Source: an uncultured Victivallales bacterium
GTDB lineage: Bacteria; Verrucomicrobiota; Kiritimatiellia; UBA8416; JADHWI01
Assembly: GCA_964544115.1 (NCBI GenBank)
Contig: CAZJBP010000002.1
Location: 1 to 51,861, forward strand
Length of the DNA stretch: 51,861 nt
Reading direction: 5' to 3'
Made by a program: the position numbers and the translations under genes. Below the pieces are notes generated by a model. It was not told the origin of the DNA. It made no database searches and worked only from the letters and a program-made list of their open reading frames with translations. Shown in pieces: positions 1 through 11,478 of this stretch (positions within the stretch are counted from its first letter, which is position 1; each line of letters begins with the position of its first letter).

Positions 1-1
1 G

Positions 2-439
2 CCGGCGGCCACGTTCGCCCACATCGACGCGACCACCGAGCTCTCGCGCCAGATTGCCGAGCTGGGCATCTACCCGGCCGTCGACCCACTGTCGTCCTCG
101 TCGAGCATGCTGGCGCCCGAGGTGGTGGGCGAGGAGCACTACCGGGTGGCCCGCGGCGTGCAGGAGATTCTGCAGCGCTACAAGGAGCTGCAGGACATCA
201 TTGCCATCCTGGGCATGGACGAGCTGTCGGCGGAGGACCGGCAGGTCGTCGAGCCATTCTTCGTCGCCGAGCAGTTCACGGGCATGACCGGCCGCTACGT
301 GGAGCTGGCGGACACCATCCGCTCGTTCAAGGACGTGCTCGAGGGGCGCTACGACCGCCTTCCCGAACAGGCGTTCTACATGGTCGGCGGCATCGAGGAT
401 GTTGTTGAGAAGGCGAAGAAGCTGGAGACGGCCCGATGA
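2..439 (+). CDS. atpD: F-type ATP synthase beta subunit, C-terminal part (5' truncated by window; apparent internal deletion)
   Basis: Frame from nt 2 reads [30 protein letters not shown]...[20 protein letters not shown]...[10 protein letters not shown]...[10 protein letters not shown], the conserved beta-subunit C-terminus. Confidence 0.95.
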   Translation, partial: PAATFAHIDATTELSRQIAELGIYPAVDPLSSSSSMLAPEVVGEEHYRVARGVQEILQRYKELQDIIAILGMDELSAEDRQVVEPFFVAEQFTGMTGRYVELADTIRSFKDVLEGRYDRLPEQAFYMVGGIEDVVEKAKKLETAR

Positions 440-777
440 GCGACGGGCGCTATCGCCTGGCCGTCCGCACACCCGAAGGGACGGCTTTTGACGGGGAGGT
501 GGCCAGCGTGGTGGTGCCGGGCCTGCAGGGCCGCTATGGCATCTTCCCCGGGCACGCGCCGATGCTCGGATCGGTTGCGGCGGGCATTCTCGAGGTGCGC
601 GCGGCCGAAGGCCTCCGCTGGTTCGTGGTCGGCGGCGGCTTCACCGAGGTGGGACAGGGGCAGGTGGAACTCCTGGTCGATGCGGCCCTCGCCGTTTCCG
701 GGCCGGACGCCGCGGAAGAGCGGCTTGAGGCCTACCTGCGCGATGCGGCCCTGCCGCCCACCGCGGTCCTGTCTTAG
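436..777 (+). CDS. atpC: ATP synthase epsilon subunit
   Basis: TPEG...[20 protein letters not shown]...VGGGFTEV motifs; ATGA overlap with atpD. Confidence 0.92.
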   Translation: MSDGRYRLAVRTPEGTAFDGEVASVVVPGLQGRYGIFPGHAPMLGSVAAGILEVRAAEGLRWFVVGGGFTEVGQGQVELLVDAALAVSGPDAAEERLEAYLRDAALPPTAVLS

Positions 778-835
778 CTGCCTCTGAAATCGACATTGAC
801 CCCCGGCACTGTCGGTCCCAAAGTCCTTCACCGGC

Positions 836-2491
836 ATGAACGTTCTGGATTGCGACTACCTCGTGGTGGGCAGCGGCATCGGCGGGACGCTGTCCGCGCT
901 GAAGCTGGCCGAACTCGGGCGGGTGCTGGTCCTGACGAAGAAAGAGCGCGCCGAGAGCAACACCAACTACGCGCAGGGCGGCATCGCCTGCGTGGTGGCG
1001 GCTGACGATTCGCTGGAGCAGCACGTGGCCGACACGCTGCGCGCGGGCGATGGGGCGTGCGACGAGCGCGTGGTCCGCGACATTGTTGCCCGCGGGCCGG
1101 AGCGGATTGCCGAGCTGACGCGGCTGGGCATTGAGTTTGCCCACGGGGACGGCGCGGGCAGCGCGGGGTTTGACCTGGGCCAGGAGGGCGGGCATACGCG
1201 CCGGCGCGTGCTGCACGCCGGGGATATTACCGGCCGGCACATGGAGGCGGCCCTGCTGGCGCGGGCCGTCGCGCACCCGAACATCGTCATTCGCGAACAC
1301 ACGATGGTGATCGACCTGATCACCACCGGATGGCTGAACACCATGACGCCGAACGTGTCCCTGCTGGGCGCGGACGATCGCCGTGAGGACAACCGCGTCG
1401 CCGGCGTGTATGCGCTGGATCGGCTGACCGGCGAGATCTTCGCGGTGCGCACCCCGTACTGCGTTCTCGCCACCGGCGGGGGCGGCAAGGTGTACCTCTA
1501 CACCAGCAATCCCGACATCGCCACCGGCGATGGCGTGGCGATCGCGTGGCGGGCAGGGGTTCCGATCCGCAACATGGAGTTCATCCAGTTCCATCCCACA
1601 TGCCTGTACCACCCGCAGGCCAAGTCGTTCCTCATCAGCGAGGCCGTGCGCGGCGAAGGTGCCCAGCTGGTGGACTCGGAGGGCCGCCCGTTCATGGAGC
1701 GGTACGATGAGCGCGGTTCCCTGGCCTCGCGCGATGTCGTGGCGCGCGCCATCGACAGCGAGATGAAGCGCACCGGGGCTCCGTGCGTCTACCTCGACAT
1801 CCGGGACAAGTCGGTGCGCTTTCTTCGCAGCCGCTTCCCCACGATCTATGACACCTGCCGCCGGTTTGGAATCGACATGGCGAAAGACCTGGTTCCGGTC
1901 GTCCCCGCCGCTCACTACTTCTGCGGCGGCGTGGAGGCCCGGATCGACGGGACGACGGCCCTGCCCGGGCTGATGGCGGTCGGGGAGGTGTCCTGCACCG
2001 GCCTGCACGGGGCCAACCGTCTGGCCAGCAACAGCCTACTGGAAGCCGTCGTGTGCGCGCACGAAATGGCGCAAGCCATGCGGGGCCGCCGGCCGCCGGC
2101 GGACTTTCCGAAGGTGAAGATTCCCGACTGGCAAAGCGAGGCGGCGGTACCCAGCGACGAACTGGTGGTCGTCGAGCACAACTGGAACGAGGTCCGCACC
2201 TGCATGTGGGACTACGTCGGCATCGTGCGCACGGACAAGCGACTGGAGCGGGCGTCCAGGCGCATCCACAACCTGCGCAGCGAGATCCGAGAGTATTACC
2301 TGCGGTACCTGGTGACCGCCGACGTGCTGGAACTCCGCAACATCGCCACCGTCGGAGAATTGATCGTGCGCTCGGCGCGCCAGCGTCGCGAGAGTCGCGG
2401 GCTGCACTACACTCTTGACTGCCCAGGGAAGCTCGCCGGAACGCCCGTCGACACCGTCATTCACGACCCGGTCGGCGGCCACGAGAACTGA
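836..2491 (+). CDS. nadB: L-aspartate oxidase
   Basis: GSGIGG FAD motif, SNTNYAQGGIA, EGGHTRRRVLH, MEFIQFHPT, GLHGANRLASNSLLEA, ESRGLHY. Confidence 0.96.
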   Translation: MNVLDCDYLVVGSGIGGTLSALKLAELGRVLVLTKKERAESNTNYAQGGIACVVAADDSLEQHVADTLRAGDGACDERVVRDIVARGPERIAELTRLGIEFAHGDGAGSAGFDLGQEGGHTRRRVLHAGDITGRHMEAALLARAVAHPNIVIREHTMVIDLITTGWLNTMTPNVSLLGADDRREDNRVAGVYALDRLTGEIFAVRTPYCVLATGGGGKVYLYTSNPDIATGDGVAIAWRAGVPIRNMEFIQFHPTCLYHPQAKSFLISEAVRGEGAQLVDSEGRPFMERYDERGSLASRDVVARAIDSEMKRTGAPCVYLDIRDKSVRFLRSRFPTIYDTCRRFGIDMAKDLVPVVPAAHYFCGGVEARIDGTTALPGLMAVGEVSCTGLHGANRLASNSLLEAVVCAHEMAQAMRGRRPPADFPKVKIPDWQSEAAVPSDELVVVEHNWNEVRTCMWDYVGIVRTDKRLERASRRIHNLRSEIREYYLRYLVTADVLELRNIATVGELIVRSARQRRESRGLHYTLDCPGKLAGTPVDTVIHDPVGGHEN

Positions 2492-2899
2492 CGATTCTCC
2501 TCTCTCGTCCGTCAAAGTCTCCCCGCCGCTACGCGTCTCCTTGCCCAAGAGTTCCGTTTCCGCATTTCAACGATGTCCATTATGATCTGCATATGGATAC
2601 AGCGGCCGCGGTGTCTATATGTAGATATCATGGCGTGAGACGACGAGGGGTGCAGTGTCTCACGGTTGGCGGCGTGAGACGGTCGGATGGAGCATTCTGG
2701 GGGGGGTGTCAGGGCTTGTTGCGCGGCACCTGGGGTCCAAGCACTGAAATAGGCGCGGAAATGTATAGATTCGTAACAATCTTATGTTCAAGCACATGCG
2801 ATCTGTCGGTGATGGCGATCCATGCGATGGGCGGGGCTCACGCTCTCCGCCATCAGAAACGACGCATACATGGCACGCGGTCTGCGTCTGTGGGTGGGC

Positions 2900-3493
2900 A
2901 TGAACAAGCGCGCCGCATATTTCTATGCAGCGGCGGGGGTGCTGGCCGTCGTCTTGATGGGGTGTGTGGTCAAATCGGCTGTTTCCGGAGAGGGCGTGGG
3001 CGGAGGAGGTGTCATGACCGAGAAGGCGATGTTCGGGGCGGGCTGTTTCTGGGGGGTGGAGTCAACCTTTCAGGAGGTGTCCGGCGTGGTGACCACTGCG
3101 GTGGGATTCGCCGGTGGGCATGTTCCGGACCCATCGTACAAGCGGGTATGCCAGGGGGACACCGGGCACGCTGAGGTTATCCTGGTTGAGTTCGATCCGG
3201 CCAAGACCACCTACGAGAAGCTGCTGGACATCTTCTGGGAGAACCATGACCCCACTCAGGTCAATCGCCAGGGGCCGGACGTTGGAGACCAGTACCGTTC
3301 CGTTATCTTCACGTTCACGCCCGAGCAGAAACGCGCAGCCGAGGCGTCGCGGCAACGCCTGCAGGAGAAACTGGGCGCCCGCAAGAAGATCGCCACCCAG
3401 ATCGAGGACGCCGGTCCGTTCTATCAGGCCGAAGAGTATCACCAGCGCTACTTCTCCAAGCGCGGTATCGCCCCCACCTGCCATACGCGATAA
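2900..3493 (+). CDS. msrA: Peptide methionine sulfoxide reductase A, with possible lipoprotein signal (alternative start at 3014)
   Basis: GCFWGVE active site, [32 protein letters not shown]. Confidence 0.93.
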   Translation: MNKRAAYFYAAAGVLAVVLMGCVVKSAVSGEGVGGGGVMTEKAMFGAGCFWGVESTFQEVSGVVTTAVGFAGGHVPDPSYKRVCQGDTGHAEVILVEFDPAKTTYEKLLDIFWENHDPTQVNRQGPDVGDQYRSVIFTFTPEQKRAAEASRQRLQEKLGARKKIATQIEDAGPFYQAEEYHQRYFSKRGIAPTCHTR

Positions 3494-3667
3494 GCGTGGA
3501 TCCCTGTTAGCTAACACTTCTGCCTTTTCTGCTGAGGATTGTTATTGATGAACGTTTATTAATTGTCTATCCTTTTCCGCCCAAAGGGTTGGTCCACCCT
3601 TCATGGGGCTGTACGTTTTTTTTAGGACCGAATGCGGCCATAGCATCGGCGGGGGAGCGGTGCGTTC

Positions 3668-4183
3668 TTGCAGAGCGTCCTGAAATCAAAGTGCCATGCA
3701 GCAGGGCTGCGGCTGACGCATCAACGCACGGCTATCTACGGCGACTTGGCCTCGCGATTTGACCACCCCGATGTGGAGACCCTCTTCCATGCCGCGCGCG
3801 TGAAGGTGCCTTCCTTGTCCGTGTTCGGTGTGTATCGGACGATGAACGCTTTCGAGGCAGCGGGACTTATTCGGCGGGTGGCAACGTGGGAGGGGCACGC
3901 CCGGTACGACGCGAATGTTGCCGCCCATGCGCATTTCCTTTGCGAGTCGTGCGGGCGAATCGACGACGTGGCGGTCGGAGGCATCGAGGCTCTGCGCCGG
4001 GCCGGAGCGGTGGCAACACATAGCCAGGTGCAGGACGTTGACGTAACGTTTCGCGGAACTTGTGTAGCGTGTGCCCGGGCGAGAGCAGAGCCGCAGGAGC
4101 CGTCACGAAGCGATTCTCGCCGAAGAGGTTCGCTGCGGTCTGGCGGGTGCAGCAGTCGGAAACGGTCGCAGGTTCGTGCTTGA
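3668..4183 (+). CDS. Fur/PerR-family transcriptional regulator
   Basis: GLRLTHQR, HPDVETL, VYRTM, RYD...HAHFLCESCG, C-terminal CVAC; TTG start uncertain. Confidence 0.85.
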   Translation: MQSVLKSKCHAAGLRLTHQRTAIYGDLASRFDHPDVETLFHAARVKVPSLSVFGVYRTMNAFEAAGLIRRVATWEGHARYDANVAAHAHFLCESCGRIDDVAVGGIEALRRAGAVATHSQVQDVDVTFRGTCVACARARAEPQEPSRSDSRRRGSLRSGGCSSRKRSQVRA

Positions 4184-4244
4184 ATCGCAACTGTAAGTAA
4201 GGTGGAACCCGATGTTTCGAGTCACACTTAGAAGGGAGCATCCC

Positions 4245-7200
4245 ATGCTGAAGCGAACCTCTGCGCCAGGTTTCGCCGTCTTGAAGTGCCGCTTACTTGC
4301 CTTGAGTGCGGTGGTCGGTTTCGGTCTGCCCGCGGCCGCCGCCAATCCGGACGGTCCGCTGCGGGTAGAGGTGATCGCGGCCTATAACCTCGTGGTCGAT
4401 TCGAATGTCGAGTCGCCCTCGACCTATGCGCCCAGGGCGGCCTACCTGGGGGCGAAGATATGGAACGACGGAGGGAACACGCTAACGAACGTAGTCGCTT
4501 ACATCGGCAACTACATTAATGGGGTTAGCGACACGCCGGGCACCTATCCCACAAACCGGCATTTGGCCTATCCGTCGATCGTGGGCCCGCTCACGAACGG
4601 CACGTTCGCGCTCACCCATGAAGGCGGCGACGCCGGCCTGGCTGATGCGACCCGCCCCCTCGGGCCGATTGCTCCGGGACATTACACGACGGTCTACTGG
4701 CTGATCAGCTACCCCAACGTCGACAAGTTCGGCCACGCGGTCTGGGGGCCCAGCGTCAAGCCCGACGATGACCTGTGGCTGGAATACGACGTCTGGGCGA
4801 AGGCTGTCAGCGCCGGCACGCCGCGGGAGGTCGTCCAGACGCGTCGCGTCACGATGCGCAACGAAATCTCAGCGATGGCGAACAAGATCCAGCCCAACGC
4901 GGCCAACAAAGTGCCGCAGGAATACAAGGATCTCCTGAACCTGTACGTGCCGACCTGGACTAACTCGGCGGCCGATGGAACGCCGGGCAGCCGCGTGACG
5001 GCCGAAGGCGTCTGGTACGACCTCGGTAACATCGGGTAGGGCTTCGACAACGACGGCGACCTCGTGCCCGACAAGAACGCGTGGATGCAGCCGGTCGGTG
5101 ATGCAGGCGTGTTCGACTCCTCATGCTTCCGTCTGGTCCACACCTACGCGCTGGTGATCGTGAAACTCAAGACCGGTGGCGAGGACGTGCTGTACGCCGA
5201 GGACCAGCTCTACTTCCAGAACATTCCCGAGAACAACGGCGCCGTCGGCTGGGTGGGCTACGAGTTCGTGCCGCTGCGTGGCGGGTGCTCCAGCGGGCTG
5301 ACCCCGTACCAGGAAGTCGCCTCCGGGTTCGACAACGAGAAATTCAACGGCGACTACGGCGCGGTCCTCGGCGGAAACCTCAGCAGCGCGTCGTCTGCCG
5401 TGGAACTCGTGAAGAGCGCCGACGGCCTAACCGTCCGTCCCGGCGGCACGCTCTGGTACTCGCTGATGTACACGCCGACGCGCGCGACCTTCGCATCCGG
5501 CGTGCCGCTGATGCTGGGAGACCCCGCGGCGGGCGTGCCGGTGGTGATCCAGGATCGGATCCCCGACGGGACGGAGTACGTGGCCAACAGCGCCGCTGTC
5601 AGCAACGATCTGCCCCTTGGCGTCGGCGGTTACACCGTGCTCTACTCGACCAACAGCGCGGTCAGTTGGCAAAGCACCCAACCCTTGCCGGCTTCGGCGG
5701 TGACCGACCTGCAGTGGTGGCTAACCGACCAGTTGGCCGGCGGCACCACCGGTACCGTCCGCTTTGCCGTGACGGTCAACGCCCCCTTCAACGAGCCCGT
5801 TCCCGAAGTGTCCAACACCGGCTGCCTCAGCTTCGGCAACAACGAGTGCGACACGAACTCCATCGTCCGCACGCCGGTCCTGGGCACCAACGTGCTGGGC
5901 GACCTGGTGTTCAAGGACAACGGCGCAGGCAGCTTCTACGGTAACGGGACGAACAACGCCGGCGAGGCCGGGATCCCCAACATGACCGTCAGCGTCTACT
6001 ACGATGCCAACAGCAACGGCGTCGTCGACGCCGCCGATGTTCTGTTTGGCGTCACGAACACAGCGGCCAACGGCGGGTACCTGTTCGACGGCCTGCCCGA
6101 CGGCGCGTACGTCGTCGTGGTGGACACGGCCGATCCCGACCTGCCGTTCGGCTACTCGCCCACCACACCCATCACGCACGCCATCGCGCTCGACCCCCTT
6201 CACGCCACGACCGCCCCTGTCACCAACCTCGCCGCCGATTTCGGCTTCGCGCCGGCGCTGACGCTGGATAAGTCGCTGGTCGGTTCGGGGCCGGTCTACG
6301 AGGGCCGCCAGGCCACGTTCAGGCTGGCGGTCACCAACCAGTTCTTCGGTAACGGCAGCGGCTCGGGCAGTCCCATCACGGTCTTCGCGTGGCCGCGGGC
6401 ACTGGGACCCGACGACAACAAAAAGTGGACCAGTCGAGAGAACGCATACGGTGTCGAAGAGTTGGACAGTCTGTATGCGTCGACCGCGATCGCCGCCGCC
6501 GCCGACACACTGTCGGTGGCCAACTACCAGGTGGGTGTGCAGAGTGGATCGCCCACCCAGGTCGTGGTCGTGGTTCCCATCGACCTGACGTACACGGGGT
6601 ACGATACGAGTAAGACCCCGGGAAAATTCACCGTGGCGGTGGAGTACAGCGGCGTGGCGGTGACGTCCCGTGTCTACAACCTGCAGTTGCTGCCAAACGG
6701 GCCTTCCCAGTTGGAGATCGACATCACCAGTCGCAGAACGTGGCAGTGGTCGGACTTCAACTCGGCAACTTTACTGAACATCAATCTGATTGCCGATAAG
6801 GGATTGGACAAGCCGACCACTAGCCTGATGAAGCTCAACTCCGCCGGTTTCCGTATTAAGTCGTCGGTCCGCTACACATCGGCCACAGTCAGCAACACGC
6901 TCTATCCCGTCCCGCTGAATGACCGCTATGATGCAGACCTGTTGCGTTTCGTCTCCGCGACGCCGCCCGTGAACACGGCGACCACCGGCGGGGTGGCGCC
7001 GCTGGAGGGCGCGTTGTACTGGGACAACATCGGGCCGATCAAGCCGGGTGGAACGGGCGTGGTCTACGTCACGTTCGACGTGCTGCAGCCGCCGGGCAAC
7101 CTGTCCACGACGGTCACGAATGTGGCGATCGTCAACAGTGCGACCTTCAGCAATGGTATCCCGGCCAACGTGGCCACGGACCTGGTGTCGGTCGTTGTGC

Positions 7201-10200
7201 AGCCGACGGCGACCCTCGGCGACTACGTCTGGCGCGACGTTGACGCCGACGGCGCGCAGGACACCAACGAGGTCGGTATCGCCAATGTCAAGGTGGTGCT
7301 GACGCCGCCGGCCGGTTCGCCGGTCACCAACACGACCGACAGCGCCGGCCATTACCTCTTCACGGGCCTCACGGCCACAAACTACACCGTAACCGTCCTG
7401 ACCACCACGTTACCCTCGGCCACCTTCACGAACACGTATGACCGCGACGGCAACAAGAACAACCAGACGTCGGTCACGATCACCAACGTGCCCGGGTTGG
7501 GGCCTCGGGACGTGCTGACGGCCGATTTTGGGTACTCGCTCCCGTCGATCATCAGCGGGATCGTGTGGCACGACCTGGACCGCGATCACGCGACGGCGCC
7601 CGAGAGCGGCGAGGACCGGTTGTCCGGGGTCACGGTGGGGCTCTACACAACCGGTGGCGCGTTCATCGCGAACACCACCACCGACGTCAACGGTTACTTT
7701 AAGTTCACGGGCTCCTACGTCGGCCAGTACGAAGTCCGCGTCACGACCAACAGCGGGGCCATGGCGAGCAGCACGTGGACACGATCCTACGACACGGACG
7801 GCACCAACTCGGCCAACAAGGTCACTACGACCAGTATCGTGGCCGGCGGGTCGGCCACCGCCGACTTCAGCTACTACAAGACTGGCGCCTACACCATCGG
7901 CGACACCGTCTACTTCGATGTGGACGGCGATGGGACGCAGGACGCCGGTGAAGAGGGCATCCCCAACGTAACCGTTTACCTTTACGAGGACGCGAACGGC
8001 AACGGCGTGGTCGACGTCGGAACGGATGCCCTGCTGGGGGGCCAATCCACATCGGCAAACGGCACGTACCTCTACACGAGTTGGCCGACAGGCAACTACA
8101 TCGTGGTGGTTGACCGGACCGATCCCGACCTGCCCGCCGGCGCCGTCTGCACAGGCGACCCCGACGCCGTCAAGGACGGCCGCAGCAAGCTGACCCTGAC
8201 GGCGACCAACCTGGCCCAGGACTTCGGTTTCTACCTGCCCGCTGCCGGCCGCATCGGCGATACGGTCTGGCGTGACCTGAACGGCGACGGCGTGCAATCG
8301 GGTCCGAATGAGACCGGCATGGCCTCGGTGACCGTGTGGTTGTATGCGGACCTGAGCGGCGACGGAGTCTTCACGAACCTGTACGCGACGACTACCGATG
8401 CCTCGGGAAAGTACCTGTTCACCGGCCTGCCAGACGGCGACTACCGTGTGGTGGTGAACGCGGCCGACAGCGACATTCCCGAGGACTTCTTCGGTGTGAC
8501 CTACGTGCCCAGCACGCCGCCGACGCACCCGGTCACGCTCAGCGGGGGCAACACGTACCTGGCCGCCGACTTCGGGTTCTCGCCCCTGGGGGCGATTGGC
8601 GACACGATCTTCTGGGACCTCAACGGAAACGGCGATCAGGACTGGAACGAACCGGGCATCGCCAACCAGACCGTGGAGCTGTATGTCGACGCCAATGACA
8701 ACGGCAAGTACGACGCAGGCACCGACACCTACGTCATGAACACGGTCACCACCCCGAACGGCTACTACCGCTTCGACGGACTGACGGGCAACGTATACGT
8801 GGTGTGGGTGAAGCCCGAGGGCGCGATCACCAACGCCACGCTCACGGCCGACCCGGACACCGACGGGCTGCCCTGCACGCATCCGGACGTCCTGGCTGAC
8901 CCGGTGATCAGCAACAAGTGCGATGGAGCGTACGCGGTGTCGGTGACATGGGGCACCGCCTTCATGGGGGCAGACTTCGGCTACCAGCCCGCGGGCGTGC
9001 TGGGCGACACGGTGTGGTTCGATATCAACACCAACGGCGTGCGCGATGCGTCCGAGTACGGCATTCCCTACATCGACGTGGTGCTCTGGAGCAACGGCAC
9101 GGCGATCGCGACCAACGCGACCGACGCCGACGGTTACTACTACTTCTACGACCTCGTCGACGGCACGTACAAGGTGGTGGTGGCCACGAGCGGCATCAAC
9201 TGGCCGGCCGGCGCGGCGCAGGTCTACGACCCCGACGGCACGAATGACGACCAGGCCGTCGACATCGTGGTCAGCAACCTGCACGTGGTGTCGATTGGGC
9301 CCAACGCCGTGACGAACGATTTCGACGTGGACTTCGGGTACCGGTATGCGGGCTCGAACGTTCTCAGCGGCACGGTTGGCCTGGACGCCCAACCCTACGA
9401 CGGCCTGCTGAACGGCACGAACCCCTCGGGCGTGGGGTCGGGCGAGGCCGCATTCTCGAACGTGACAGTCTACGCGTGGCTGTGGCGTGACGACGGCGAC
9501 GGAATCCGCGAAGCGAACGAGCTGACCCTCGTCGCCAGCACGACCACGGCGATCAACGGAGACTACAGCTTCGTTGGACTGCCGTCGGGTGGAAGCAGCA
9601 ACTTCTACATCATCGCAGTGTCGGCCCCGCGCGACGAGCTGGCCCTGACGACGACGAACGGATCCACGGCGGCCGACAAGGTCGTGGTGACGTCGAACGC
9701 CCTCGGCTATGTCCAGTCGGCATTACAGGTGGTGGCGATCGCCACGGTCACGACGAATATCGACTTCGCCTTCGCCCTGTCGGCGGCGTACGACTTCGGC
9801 GATTTGCCCGACACGTACAGCACCACGCTGCAAGCCTCCCCGCAGGGCGCGCGGCACCGCATTCCGGGGACGCCCGCGCTCTACCTAGGTGCCGCCATCG
9901 ACGCGGAACCCAACGGCCAGCCAACGGTCACTGCGACCGGCGACGATCTCAACGGCTCCACTCCGGACGACGAAGACGGCGTGCTCCCGGTTGGCGTCTG
10001 GTCCAATGGCGCCAGCGGTGGCGTGGTGCGTGTGACGGTTGGCGCCGGCTCGGGCTGGCTGGTGGGGTGGATGGATTTTAACCAGGGCGGCACCTTCACC
10101 GGTTCCGGCGAGATGATCGTCAACCAGGCCGTCTCCAGCACCGGCGGCGTGAGTGGCGTCTACACGATCGTCTTCTCGATTCCAACCAACGGCATCTCGG

Positions 10201-11327
10201 CGGCCACCAACACGGTCCTGAACGCCCGCTTCCGCTTGTTCCCGTCGCAGCCGAGCATCCCCGCGATCGCCTACTCGGGGCTGTCGAACGACGGCGAGGT
10301 TGAGGACTACCAGTGGCGGTTCGCTGCCGTCGGTGACTACGTCTGGGATGATGCGAACGCCAACGGGGAGCCCGACGGCGGCGAGAGCCCCATTCCCGGC
10401 GTCACCGTGTTCGTGGACCTGAACACCAACGGGGTGCTCGATGCCGGCGAGCCGTCGACGGTGACGGCGGGCGACGGGTCCTACCACATCGGCGGATTCC
10501 AGGACGGCTTGCACCGCGTGGCGATCGACACGAACTCGCTGCCGGCGGGCAGCGTTCCGACCTATGACGTTGACGGCACGCCTGACTGGCGCGGAACCTT
10601 CACGATCAGCGGCACGACCTCCCGCAGCGACGTGGACTTCGGAATCAAACTGCCCCTTGAGACGCTGGCGGTGATTACCGACGTCCGGGCGGTCACCCGA
10701 GATGGGAAGACGTGGGTGCAGTGGCGCGCGGGAGCCGAGATCGGCACGCTGGGCTACTGGCTTGAGCGCAAAGCGGTCGACGGCTGGGTTGCGGTCAATG
10801 CGCGGATGTTGCCCGCGAAACTCATGCAGCCGCTGCCGCGAAGCTACGAGCTGACCGATGCGGCCGCGGTGGCTGGCGGCACGTACACCTACCGGCTGGT
10901 GGAGCTGGAGAGCACCGGGCGGCGCGTAGTGCACGGGCCGTACACGGTCACCGTCGACGGCGCGGGCTACGGCTTTGATGCCTGGGCGGCGGGGATCGCG
11001 TGGGGTGGGGCGGCCGCGGGGCGCGGCGACGACCCTGACGGCGACCGGCTGACCAACTTTGAGGAGTTCCTGGCGGGCACCGACCCGCTGGCGCAGAACT
11101 CGGTCCTTCGGATCACGCACATGCGCCTTCGCGACGGCCTGGTTGTCCTGAGCTGGCGCAGCGCCGACGGCCGCGTGTACGCGGTCGAGGTGGGCCGGCG
11201 TCCGAACGGCCCGTTCCTCCCGGTCGCGGGCGGTCTGCCGGCCACGCCGCCGGTCAACACCTTCGCCTGCCCGCTTGGGGCGGATGGCGAGCCGATGTAC
11301 TACCGCGTGATCGTGTCCGAGCCGTAG
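4245..11327 (+). pseudogene. Large secreted/surface protein (SdrD B-like repeats, DUF11-like, GEVED, C-terminal sorting-like domain) interrupted by one in-frame TAG at 5037-5039
   Basis: ORFs 4212-5039 and 5064-11327 are in the same frame, separated only by TAG (LGNIG*GFDNDGDLVPD); N-terminal signal peptide; repeated GDxVWxDxNGxG motifs; GEVEDY motif; DPDGD motif. Confidence 0.8.
11109..11327 (+). repeat. Copy 1 of 219-nt duplicated 3' gene end (copy 2 at 12490-12708)
   Basis: 11250-11326 and 12631-12707 differ at only 2 of 77 nt. Confidence 0.9.
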
Positions 11328-11478
11328 ATTGTTCACACGTTTGACTGGCACTTTGAACCTCGGGTGATGTCTGCTGACGGTGGGGCGCCGCAGGCGAGGT
11401 GGGTAGTGGGCGTCTTCTATTCCCGCCCCGGGCTTCTACGCATCGGCGACGTTCTTCGCCGGGCCGGAAAGGCTGAGT

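Noticed and set aside
3535-3570. AT-rich tract as a Fur/Per box upstream of the fur-like gene
   Set aside because: No convincing 7-1-7 palindrome could be identified by eye.
5037-5039. Genome-wide TAG recoding
   Set aside because: atpC, amrS, nrfH, the FAH gene and the giant gene itself end at TAG at the expected positions.
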